DNA of 32,000 nt from Geobacter sulfurreducens PCA (GCF_000007985.2 NC_002939.5:3060001-3092000), one strand, 5' to 3'; shown: positions 16,557 through 24,206, counted from the stretch's first letter. The notes: generated by a model from the letters alone, not told the origin. Made by a program: numbers and translations.

Positions 16557-17375
16557 TCACACCGCCAGCAGATCCTTTGCCAGCAGTTGATTGATCAGCA
16601 GGTTGGCCGTGCCCACCGGATCTACCATGCCGTCGCCGATGATCTCTCCCTTGGCCCGCTCCGGCGAAAAGATCCGGCTCACCCAGGTGGGCGACCCCTT
16701 GAGGCCGACGCTGTTCACGTCAAGGCGCAGGACCTCATTGTTCCAGACTTTGACCGCGGCGTCAACGGAGGCAAGCCGCAGCGGAACGGTGGGATAGCGA
16801 GGGCGGTTCAGCTCGCGCACCACGGTAATCATGACCGGCAGCGGCGCCTCCACCACCTCGTAGCGTCCCTCCAGCTTGCGCCGCACCCTGATCGTGCGGG
16901 CCGCCGCGTCCAGGTGCTCGATCCGGTCCACCAGCGTGAGCTGGCTGAACCCGAGGCGAACGGCAATGCCCGGCCCCACCTGGGCCGTATCGCCGTCAAT
17001 GGTTTGCTTGCCGCAGAAGACGATGCCGATCTCGTCGCCGGCCTCATCGGCGATCCGCTTGATGGCGGCGGCCAGCACGTTACTGGTGGATAGGGTGTCG
17101 GCACCGCCGAAACAGCGGTCGGAGCAGAGGATCGCCTCATCGGCGCCCATGGCCAGCGCCTTCTTGAGGGCGGCTTCGGCATTGGGCGGCCCCATGGAAA
17201 GCGCCACGGCCCTGAAGCCGTAGCGGTCCTTGATCCGCAGCCCCTCTTCCAGGGCATGGGTGTCATAGGGGTTGACGATGAACGGGATACCCTCCCGCAC
17301 GAGGGTGTTGGTCACCGGATCGATCTGGACCTGGGTGGTATCCGGCACTTGTTTGATGCAGGAAATGGCGAGCAT
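16557..17375 (-). CDS. etfB: electron transfer flavoprotein beta subunit, bifurcating-type motif present, 272 aa
   Basis: MLAISCIKQVPDT... is the EtfB/FixA N-terminus. Contains GKQTIDGDTAQVGPGIA, the FixA/bifurcating-type sequence rather than the DxNQTG-type. RBS GGAGG is present. Confidence 0.9.
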   Translation of the reverse strand: MLAISCIKQVPDTTQVQIDPVTNTLVREGIPFIVNPYDTHALEEGLRIKDRYGFRAVALSMGPPNAEAALKKALAMGADEAILCSDRCFGGADTLSTSNVLAAAIKRIADEAGDEIGIVFCGKQTIDGDTAQVGPGIAVRLGFSQLTLVDRIEHLDAAARTIRVRRKLEGRYEVVEAPLPVMITVVRELNRPRYPTVPLRLASVDAAVKVWNNEVLRLDVNSVGLKGSPTWVSRIFSPERAKGEIIGDGMVDPVGTANLLINQLLAKDLLAV

Positions 17376-17446
17376 TCATATCCTCCGGCCCGTCAAGGGC
17401 TCAGCCGTGAAGGCAGGGGTTCTGCCCTTACTTTAAACAGACGGGC

Positions 17447-17476
17447 ACTATAACAGAAACAGAAAGTGCTAATCAA
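17447..17476 (-). promoter_or_regulatory. candidate sigma-70 promoter for etfB (TTGATT-N18-TATAGT on the minus strand)
   Basis: Read as the reverse complement of aatcaa (17471..17476) and actata (17447..17452). It lies in an AT-rich 197-nt gap about 70 nt upstream of the etfB ATG. Confidence 0.45.
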
Positions 17477-17572
17477 GCATAGTGTGCTTAAAATGTAGGC
17501 ATATATTTTTATCTACACTAAAACATGCCCATTATTTGGGCTGACGATGCGCCATGCCGGTACCGCCGCAAC

Positions 17573-18376
17573 CTACCCCATACTCCCCAGACTGGCCAGG
17601 GAGAATAGCGTCGAGGGATCATATGCCGGACTGCGCCCCACGCACATGAGCGAGGTCCTGCCGGCCACGGAGAAGCCGGCAGCGTTCAGCAGCGCCGCAG
17701 CTGACACGTTGCGTGCCGGCGTATCGAGCACAACCCTCCCTGCCGACCCGGCCACGGCGCGCGCCCCGGCGAGCAGGGCCGTGGCGCAGCCGTTGCCGCC
17801 GCACCAGGGGCCGATCTGAACGCCGTCACCGCAGGGCTGTACCACGAGAAACCCCCCGTCTCCGGCCAGCAGGGTGCCGCGCTCCGCCACGGCCGCCAGG
17901 AGCGCCTCGCGCCGGTCGTCCCACCCCTGCCGGTCCAGCGCCACCATCCCCTCCAGGGGCATCACGCCGGCGGACGCCTCTCCCGGAGCTCCGGCACCGA
18001 CCCAGCGGGTAACGGTGTCCAGCTCGCGGAACCCCATGCGCTCATAGAGAGGACGGCCCGCCGGTGACGCGGTCAGCCAGACCGTTTCCGTGCCGGCGGC
18101 AATCAGCTCCTCCATGGCCCGTTCCATGAGCCGGGCGCCGATCCCGCGCCCCCTGAATTCCCGTTCGACGAGGAGATTGCCGACCCACCCTCCAGTGCCA
18201 TGCCTGACCGCCGTGACAAAGCCCACGGGGCGACCGGCCAGGGTGGCGGCGAGACAGCCAGCGGGAAAGGCCCGCTGCAGGAATGTGAGCTCCCAGGGGT
18301 CGCTGATCCACCCTTCGGCACGGGCCAGGGCCAGGAACAGGTCCAGGGATTCGCCGTTGAACGGACCGATCTCCAT
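17573..18376 (-). CDS. GNAT-family N-acetyltransferase with a C-terminal extra domain, 267 aa
   Basis: Has the acetyl-CoA-binding motif VEREFRGRGIGARLMERA. About 130 aa of additional C-terminal domain follows. The ATG lies 4 nt after the nifB stop (TGAgatcATG), indicating translational coupling. Confidence 0.8.
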   Translation of the reverse strand: MEIGPFNGESLDLFLALARAEGWISDPWELTFLQRAFPAGCLAATLAGRPVGFVTAVRHGTGGWVGNLLVEREFRGRGIGARLMERAMEELIAAGTETVWLTASPAGRPLYERMGFRELDTVTRWVGAGAPGEASAGVMPLEGMVALDRQGWDDRREALLAAVAERGTLLAGDGGFLVVQPCGDGVQIGPWCGGNGCATALLAGARAVAGSAGRVVLDTPARNVSAAALLNAAGFSVAGRTSLMCVGRSPAYDPSTLFSLASLGSMG

Positions 18377-18380
18377 GATC

Positions 18381-19253
18381 TCAGGGGGCGGGCGGCAGCG
18401 CGCAGGCCGACTCGCCCACGGTCAACTCGGCGCCGATGAGCCCCACGGCATCCGCCCGGCACTGGCGGCAATGCTTGAACTGGCCGATGACCGCTTCGTT
18501 GGCGCGGCGGACCACGTCCAGTTCTTTCGGCGTCGGCGGCACGACATGGGCCAGTTCCGCCTGGGGAATGAGGGGCATGATGTTCATGACAAAGGCGCCG
18601 AACTCTTTCACCGTACGTCCTATGTCGCTGACCTGCCCGTCATTGATCCCGGGAATGAGGACGGTGTTGACCTTGACGGTCATGCCCAGGCCGACGGCGC
18701 GCCGGATTCCCTCCAGCTGGTTTTCGATGAGAATCCGCGCCCCCTCTTCCCCCCGGTACACCGTGCCGTGATAGAGGATGTGGCCGTAGATGCGGCTGCC
18801 GACGGCTGGGTCGAGGGCGTTGAGGGTCACCGTGAGGCTGTGGAGCCCCAGGTCGTGGAGCCGGTCGATGCTTTCGGGGAGCAGGAGGCCGTTGGTGCTC
18901 ATGCACTTGATGAGGTGAGGGAACTCTTCCCCCACGAGCCTGAAGGTCTCGAAGGTCTCCTCATTGGCCAGGGGATCGCCGGGGCCGGCGATGCCGATGA
19001 CCTTGATGATCGGTCCCACAACCGGACTCGCCATGACCTCGCGCACCTTGACGATGGCCTCGTCCGGGGTGAGCAGCCGGCTCGTCACCCCGGGGCGTGA
19101 CTCGTTGGCACAGTCATGCTTGCGGGAACAGTAGCCGCACTTGATGTTGCAGCGGGGCGCCACGGCAAGGTGCATCCGGCCGTTCTTGTGGTGATTGCCG
19201 CCAAAACAGGGGTGTCCCTGTATCTTCTTCAACTGGTCACAGGACGTTGCCAT
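18381..19253 (-). CDS. nifB: nitrogenase cofactor biosynthesis radical-SAM protein NifB, stand-alone SAM domain (290 aa, no NifX-like C-terminal domain)
   Basis: HPCFGGNHHKNGRMHLAVAPRCNIKCGYCSRKHDCANESRPGVTS is the NifB signature and includes the CxxxCxxC radical-SAM cluster. RBS GGAGG is present. Confidence 0.9.
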   Translation of the reverse strand: MATSCDQLKKIQGHPCFGGNHHKNGRMHLAVAPRCNIKCGYCSRKHDCANESRPGVTSRLLTPDEAIVKVREVMASPVVGPIIKVIGIAGPGDPLANEETFETFRLVGEEFPHLIKCMSTNGLLLPESIDRLHDLGLHSLTVTLNALDPAVGSRIYGHILYHGTVYRGEEGARILIENQLEGIRRAVGLGMTVKVNTVLIPGINDGQVSDIGRTVKEFGAFVMNIMPLIPQAELAHVVPPTPKELDVVRRANEAVIGQFKHCRQCRADAVGLIGAELTVGESACALPPAP

Positions 19254-19271
19254 AGTCGACCTCCGTGGATG

Positions 19272-19313
19272 ATGAACTGAAAAGGGCGCCGATCTTGGAT
19301 CCCCAGCGCCCTT
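19272..19313 (-). terminator. terminator-like hairpin in the nifB leader, immediately upstream of the nifB RBS
   Basis: The minus-strand RNA reads AAGGGCGC-(16-nt loop with an inner GATC/GATC pairing)-GCGCCCTT, followed by TTCAGTT. The stem is 8 bp. The U-tract is only moderate. Confidence 0.45.
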
Positions 19314-19328
19314 GCCGTGAAACGCAAC

Positions 19329-19357
19329 GAGCCCGGGGTCTCTCGACCGCCGGGCTC
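19329..19357 (-). other. very stable leader hairpin upstream of nifB (12 bp, one bulge, GAGA tetraloop)
   Basis: GAGCCCGG-c-GGTC-GAGA-GACC-CCGGGCTC read on the minus strand. Confidence 0.5.
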
Positions 19358-19693
19358 CCTTGCCTGCGTGAATGGGGCGCCGCCGGGGCGCTCCCTCGTA
19401 TGTGGTGTGCGATACGTCTTCGTATGCCGTATCATTCCCTTAACACTAAGCGTGCCACAATGAAGAAGCGTCCCCGCCCACATGGCAACACCCTTAAATC
19501 GCAGAACATTTACCCGGGCCAAACGTATACACGCACACTAGTGTGACTAATTGTTGGGCAGTGACTGACAGGCATTAGGCACATGTATGCCTCAATCGTC
19601 GCAGCGCGGGAGGGCTCCGCGTTGCAAAGAACCGGCGGTCGGGCGTTGAGGATCGCTGGGGCATGCCGGTCAGTTTTTTGCAATCGATGCCGC

Positions 19694-20623
19694 ATGACCT
19701 TTTCCTGCGAGCCGGCAGAACTTCGTTCCCGCGCCAAGGCGGCCTTCATCGGCCTGGCAGTGGGAGACGCCCTGGGGGCGCCGGTGGAATTCATGACCAC
19801 GGGCGAGATCAAGGCCAAGCACGGCGTCCTGCGTGAGATCGTCGGCGGCGGCTGGCTGCGCCTCAAACCGGGGCAGGTGACTGACGATACCGACATGTCA
19901 CTGTGCGTGGCCCGGGGAGTGGCGAAGGCAGGGGAGTGGAACCTGACGGCCATTGCCGAGGAATTCGCCGCATGGCTCCGCTCCAAGCCCGTGGACGTTG
20001 GAGACACTTGCCGCCGCGGCATCCGCAACTACATGCTCAAGGGGCTGCTCGAAACCCCGTTCAACCAGTGGGATGCCGGCAACGGCGCCGCCATGCGGAT
20101 GCTGCCGACAGCCCTGTTCACCATGGGGGACGACAACCTCCTGTGCCGCTGTGCCGTGGAGCAGGGACACCTGACCCACAACCACCCCCTTTCCGACGCA
20201 GCCTGCATCACACTGGGCAGGCTCGTCCACCTCTCCGTCCTCGGCTTTTCCAAGCCGCGTCTGCGCCGTGAAGCGGACCGGCTCACGGAAAGCCATCCCA
20301 CCTTTTCCTTTGAGCCCTACCGGGGGCTCGCCACGGGCTACGTGGTCGACACCATGCAGACCGTGCTCCATTTTTTCTTCCGCGGCCGCGACTTCGAAGA
20401 GTGCCTCGTCTCCACCGTCAACCAAGGGGGGGATGCCGACACCACCGGCGCCATCATCGGCATGGTCGCCGGCGCCTACTACGGCATGGAGGAAATTCCC
20501 CGGCGCTGGCTCAAAAAGATGGACCGGCAAGTGCTGGACGAGATCGACACCCTGTCGGATCTCCTTATTTCACTATCACCGGCGCTTCGGAGCGGAAACG
20601 GAATTTTGTTGCCTCCCGCTTGA
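19694..20623 (+). CDS. draG: ADP-ribosylglycohydrolase family protein, DraG-like (ADP-ribosyl-dinitrogen reductase hydrolase), 309 aa
   Basis: N-terminus RAKAAFIGLAVGDALGAPVEFMT...GGGWLRLKPGQVTDDTDM, and C-terminus GGDADTTGAIIGMVAGAYYG. A draT gene is nearby. No SD is visible before ATG 19694, and the upstream track start at 19583 gives an implausible N-terminus. Confidence 0.8.
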   Translation: MTFSCEPAELRSRAKAAFIGLAVGDALGAPVEFMTTGEIKAKHGVLREIVGGGWLRLKPGQVTDDTDMSLCVARGVAKAGEWNLTAIAEEFAAWLRSKPVDVGDTCRRGIRNYMLKGLLETPFNQWDAGNGAAMRMLPTALFTMGDDNLLCRCAVEQGHLTHNHPLSDAACITLGRLVHLSVLGFSKPRLRREADRLTESHPTFSFEPYRGLATGYVVDTMQTVLHFFFRGRDFEECLVSTVNQGGDADTTGAIIGMVAGAYYGMEEIPRRWLKKMDRQVLDEIDTLSDLLISLSPALRSGNGILLPPA

Positions 20624-20709
20624 CGGTTCCCCCCCGGGCTGGTACACCTTTAGTGCGCCTTAACTAACGGTGCGAAACAACTCACGTATTTAGATTCAAG
20701 GAGGAAACA

Positions 20710-22176
20710 ATGAGGCAACGCTCTGCCCTGTTCACGATTCTGGCCGTTGTCGCGGCGCTGCTGGCGGCCGCCGGAGCTGTTCAGGCCCGCTCACCGGTCT
20801 TCGACGTGGACAAGGAGTTCTACCCCTACTACCCTTCCCTCATCAAATGGAACAAGTCGACCGTGCCGTTCAACGCGCCCGAGGTCTGCGGTTCCTGTCA
20901 TGAGCAGCAGTTCAACGAATGGAACGGATCGGTCCACAGCCTCGCCTTCAGGGACCCGATCTACCAGGGCGAGCTGAACAAGGCCGTGAAGGCCGTGGGC
21001 CACAGCATCTCCCGCCAGTGCGAAGGCTGTCACTCCCCCGTCGGCGTGGTCACCGGCGAAATCAAGGGCCCCGGCTTCCAGGGTCTTTCCTCCATGGCCA
21101 TGGCGGGTGTCTCCTGCGACGTCTGCCACTCCATCAGCGGCGTCACCCACTGGCAGACCCCGTCCCATGAGCCCGAAAACGGTTCATTTATCCTGACCCC
21201 CGGCGTGGAAACGGCCAATGGGCAGGTGCTGGTCAAGCGCGGCCCCTTCAAGCCCTCGCCGGAGTGCGGCGGTGGGTTTCACCAGTGCGAGGAATCCGAC
21301 CTCCACCTGCGGGCCGACCTGTGTGCCTCCTGCCACCAGGTCTATCACTATGATGCCCACTTCCCCATCGAGGCAACCTACCTGGAGTGGAAGCACGGCC
21401 CCTACGCCCAGAAGTCGATCCTCTGCCAGGACTGTCACATGGTCGATCTCGACACCTTCAAGCGCTCAGCCGACCAGTTCGTGATCCCCGACCGCAAGGA
21501 GTACCGCCACTACTTCAACGGCGCCAACTTCCTGCTGACCTACCTGGCCGCGGGAGCCGCGAAAAAGGCCGGGGACGAGGAACTGGCCAGGAATCTCATG
21601 CGGCAGTACGAAATGGCGATCCAGCGACTGAAGATGGCCGCCGACCTTGAAGTGACCCCGGTCTATCGGAGCGGCAGGCTCGCCGAGCTAAAGGTGCGGG
21701 TGAAAAACATCCGTGCCGGGCACAACCTGCCCACATCACTCACCAACGTGCGGCAGATGTGGCTCGAGATTACGGCCAGAGATGAACAGGGAACGGTCCT
21801 GATGACCAGCGGCACCCTCAACCCCGACGGAAGCCTGCCGGCTGAAGCGCGCGCCTTCACCTCGGACGGCATGGGGAGCGATTTCCATTTCGCCATCGAC
21901 CCCTGGGTGGTGACGGCTTTCTCCAAGCATGAAACCATTCCGCCCAAGGGGTGGAAGGACGTCCACTACGGCATCCAGGTGCCCGAGGGGGTCGGCCGGA
22001 TCACCGTGGAGGCGAAGCTCCGCTTCCGCCAGGCGGACCAGAAGGTGGCCGAGGCCCTGCTCGGAGCGGTGCCCAAAGATATTGACCTGGAGCAGATCTA
22101 CGGCATCAAGAGCGTGCCCCCCCTGCCGGTGGTGGATATGGTGGTGAAACAGGAGACGGTAAAGACGGCGCCCTAG
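20710..22176 (+). CDS. periplasmic pentahaem c-type cytochrome, 488 aa
   Basis: Signal peptide MRQRSALFTILAVVAALLAAAGAVQA. Five CxxCH motifs (CGSCH, CEGCH, CDVCH, CASCH, CQDCH). Strong RBS AAGGAGG. The C-terminal roughly 190 aa contains no haem motif. Confidence 0.9.
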   Translation: MRQRSALFTILAVVAALLAAAGAVQARSPVFDVDKEFYPYYPSLIKWNKSTVPFNAPEVCGSCHEQQFNEWNGSVHSLAFRDPIYQGELNKAVKAVGHSISRQCEGCHSPVGVVTGEIKGPGFQGLSSMAMAGVSCDVCHSISGVTHWQTPSHEPENGSFILTPGVETANGQVLVKRGPFKPSPECGGGFHQCEESDLHLRADLCASCHQVYHYDAHFPIEATYLEWKHGPYAQKSILCQDCHMVDLDTFKRSADQFVIPDRKEYRHYFNGANFLLTYLAAGAAKKAGDEELARNLMRQYEMAIQRLKMAADLEVTPVYRSGRLAELKVRVKNIRAGHNLPTSLTNVRQMWLEITARDEQGTVLMTSGTLNPDGSLPAEARAFTSDGMGSDFHFAIDPWVVTAFSKHETIPPKGWKDVHYGIQVPEGVGRITVEAKLRFRQADQKVAEALLGAVPKDIDLEQIYGIKSVPPLPVVDMVVKQETVKTAP

Positions 22177-22218
22177 CAGCAAGGAAATTGCCGCGCCCCT
22201 TCCGGTTGCATACCTGCG

Positions 22219-22254
22219 AAAAAGCCCCGGCCGCCATGGCGCCGGGGCTTTTTT
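22219..22254. terminator. bidirectional intrinsic terminator between the cytochrome gene and convergent draT
   Basis: AAAAA-GCCCCGGC...GCCGGGGC-TTTTTT. The GC-rich stem is 8 bp or more, flanked by an A-run and a T-run. Confidence 0.85.
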
Positions 22255-22271
22255 GCATCAGAGGTGTACCG

Positions 22272-23069
22272 TCAGATGGTGCACATGATCTGCCGTACCC
22301 GGTACTCGCCGCCGATCACCAGGTATTCCCCCTCCCCCTTCATGATGCTGTTGGGCAGCAGGTCGTTGAAGAAGAAGATCTTCGACAGCGGCGCCCGGAT
22401 CTCCCAGACGGTGAACCCGAACTCCCATGCGCGCTCCTCTACGGATGTGAAGGAAACCAGGTTGTTGAAGCGGACGATCTTCTCCCGCTTGCCAAGCTCC
22501 TCCACCACGTCATAGTCATCGGCGTCGAAGGTGCCGCGGTAGAGGGTGATCCAGCGTTCGCCGGCCATGCGGCGCGCCTGCTCGTACTGGCAGAATTCGT
22601 AGAGGATGTCCAGCTGGGAGTTGATGGCATTGGTCCTCTTGCTCCCGGCGGTGCGGTCCATCACGTAGGTGTAGTAGGACTCGCTCTGGATGCCGCCGAT
22701 GCGGGCCTTGTGGAAGGTTGGGACGATGCCCATGCGGCTCTCTACCCACCCCTTGAGCACGGCCCCCTCGACTGAGTTGGAATCCATCATCCAGCCGCGC
22801 AGGTAGCGCAGGTAACTGTTCTTCAGGCTCTTGCGCGCCGTGTCCGTCTGCTGGGCCTGCCAGTGGTGGAGCTGGAACTTGACCGACATGTAGTCATTGA
22901 AGACCGTGCCGCGCTCTTCGGCCGAGGCAATACCGTCGAGTTTTTCGAAGAGGAACCGGTTGGCGGGCCGCACCCCCTGAACTTCCAGAGGGTGCGGGTT
23001 ATCGTTGAAGTGGCGGGAGGCGATGACCCACGGGGGGAGATTGCAGAGATTGAATCCCGAACTGAGCAT
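22272..23069 (-). CDS. draT: NAD+-dinitrogen-reductase ADP-ribosyltransferase DraT, 265 aa
   Basis: Matches blocks I recall from DraT proteins: NLPPWVIASRHFNDNPHPL, EGAVLKGWVESRMG, QLDILYEFCQ, FNNLVSFTS and KGEGEYLVIGG. These fit an R-S-E ADP-ribosyltransferase arrangement. Confidence 0.9.
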   Translation of the reverse strand: MLSSGFNLCNLPPWVIASRHFNDNPHPLEVQGVRPANRFLFEKLDGIASAEERGTVFNDYMSVKFQLHHWQAQQTDTARKSLKNSYLRYLRGWMMDSNSVEGAVLKGWVESRMGIVPTFHKARIGGIQSESYYTYVMDRTAGSKRTNAINSQLDILYEFCQYEQARRMAGERWITLYRGTFDADDYDVVEELGKREKIVRFNNLVSFTSVEERAWEFGFTVWEIRAPLSKIFFFNDLLPNSIMKGEGEYLVIGGEYRVRQIMCTI

Positions 23070-23127
23070 GGGCCGTCACCTCGTTGTGAAGGAAATGGGG
23101 TGCTCCGGAACCCCGGAGACACCAGAG

Positions 23128-23457
23128 CTACAGAACCTTCGCAAGCTCCACGAGCGTTGCCTTGATGGGGCCGTCGGCCGTGAAGGCTTCCAGGCCGAGC
23201 CGCTCCAGCTCCATCAGTGGCCCCGGTCCGATCTGGGCGCAGACGAGCGCCCGGCAGCCGACGAGGGCTCCGGCTATGGACGAAAGGATATGAGCCCGCT
23301 GGGAGTGGTCGGACTCACCGGTGCAGTAACGCTCGATCTTGCGCTCATCCACCAGCCGGGCATCGCCGCCGTCGACTTCGTAGATGAGGAAACGCTCGGC
23401 ATGACCGAAATGTTGATTGATCTCCCTGCCGTCCCTGGACGTCACCGCGATGAGCAT
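23128..23457 (-). CDS. NifX/NafY/NifB-C-terminal-like dinitrogenase FeMo-cofactor-binding family protein, 109 aa
   Basis: MLIAVTSRDGREINQHFGHAERFLIYEV... is typical of the family. ATG 23457 is preceded by GGAGG. The track's longer start overlaps the ferredoxin gene. Confidence 0.8.
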   Translation of the reverse strand: MLIAVTSRDGREINQHFGHAERFLIYEVDGGDARLVDERKIERYCTGESDHSQRAHILSSIAGALVGCRALVCAQIGPGPLMELERLGLEAFTADGPIKATLVELAKVL

Positions 23458-23485
23458 GGGTACCTCCTGTTCCGGAGATCGGCGG

Positions 23486-23749
23486 TTACATTTCAACCGG
23501 CGCGAAGCTGAAGCACTTCTTCGAGCAGGTCCGGCCGCAGGCCTGACAGCCGATACAGTTGTCCGGGTTCGTCACTTTCATGTACATCTTGGCCGAATCG
23601 TCTTCGTCCACCTCTTCGAAGGTGAGCACGTCGTGGGCGCAGACCTTGTAGCAGCGGGCACAGCCGATGCAGGTTTCCTCGTCGATGGAGACGACGAACT
23701 GGGGGGTGTATTCCGTCTTGTTTCTTCTAAGCCCTGTGATGTAAGCCAT
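23486..23749 (-). CDS. nif-type ferredoxin III-like 2x[4Fe-4S] ferredoxin, 87 aa
   Basis: Two cluster motifs, CIGCARCYKVC and CIGCQACGRTC, are separated by an acidic insert (EEVDEDDSAKMY), as in nif-specific ferredoxin III. RBS GGAGGAAGG is present. Confidence 0.75.
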   Translation of the reverse strand: MAYITGLRRNKTEYTPQFVVSIDEETCIGCARCYKVCAHDVLTFEEVDEDDSAKMYMKVTNPDNCIGCQACGRTCSKKCFSFAPVEM

Positions 23750-23816
23750 TGTCCTTCCTCCGTATCCTGTGATGTATCGCGCAGGATCACGCCGTTGTGC
23801 GCTGCAGCGGGTTAGC

Positions 23817-24206
23817 CTATTCGTTGTCCTCGAACGACACTTCCGCACCCTTGTTCATGGCCTTGCGGAGCCACGGCGGCGGGTTACCCTTCAGGACGTC
23901 CCGGAGCCGGCCGACGGTTTCCTGCAGGCTCACCGGCGTATTGGTCTTCATGGGGTGGATCTTCAGGGCCACGAGCTTGGCCGCGGCCGGTCCGCCGATG
24001 GCCATGGTGTAGACGATGGCGCACTCCTTCAGGGCATTGGCCCGGGCCGCGATCTTGTCTTCCTCGTCATCGCCGTGGGCGCCGATGGCGATAGTTTCCA
24101 CGAAGGACGCCCCCTCGGGCGTGATGTCCCAGATCTGGAACTGCTTCGCCATGCCGAAGTGCTCGTCGATCATCTCGCCGGTCGTACTTGTGAATGCGAC
24201 TTTCAT
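23817..24206 (-). CDS. nifX: nitrogen fixation protein NifX, 129 aa
   Basis: MKVAFTSTTGEMIDEHFGMAKQFQIWDI... together with the C-terminal LKGNPPPWLRK motif typical of NifX. RBS AGGAAG is present. Confidence 0.9.
   Translation of the reverse strand: MKVAFTSTTGEMIDEHFGMAKQFQIWDITPEGASFVETIAIGAHGDDEEDKIAARANALKECAIVYTMAIGGPAAAKLVALKIHPMKTNTPVSLQETVGRLRDVLKGNPPPWLRKAMNKGAEVSFEDNE

Noticed and set aside
17546-17560. Sigma-54-like TGGCGC-ATCGT-CAGCC upstream of etfB (minus strand)
   Set aside because: The GG/GC spacing is correct, but both halves deviate from consensus. The site overlaps the end of the GNAT gene region, and a better sigma-70 promoter lies closer to etfB.
19442-19457. Possible sigma-54 promoter for nifB (minus strand TGGCACG-CTTA-GTGTT)
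   Set aside because: The -24 half is perfect, but the -12 half lacks the near-invariant GC doublet at the right spacing. It is kept only as a weak possibility and not listed as a feature. I found no better nifB promoter.
19229-19546. 97-aa minus-strand and 93-aa plus-strand ORFs in the nifB/draG divergent region
   Set aside because: No RBS, and odd composition. The region is better explained as promoter and leader RNA with strong hairpins.
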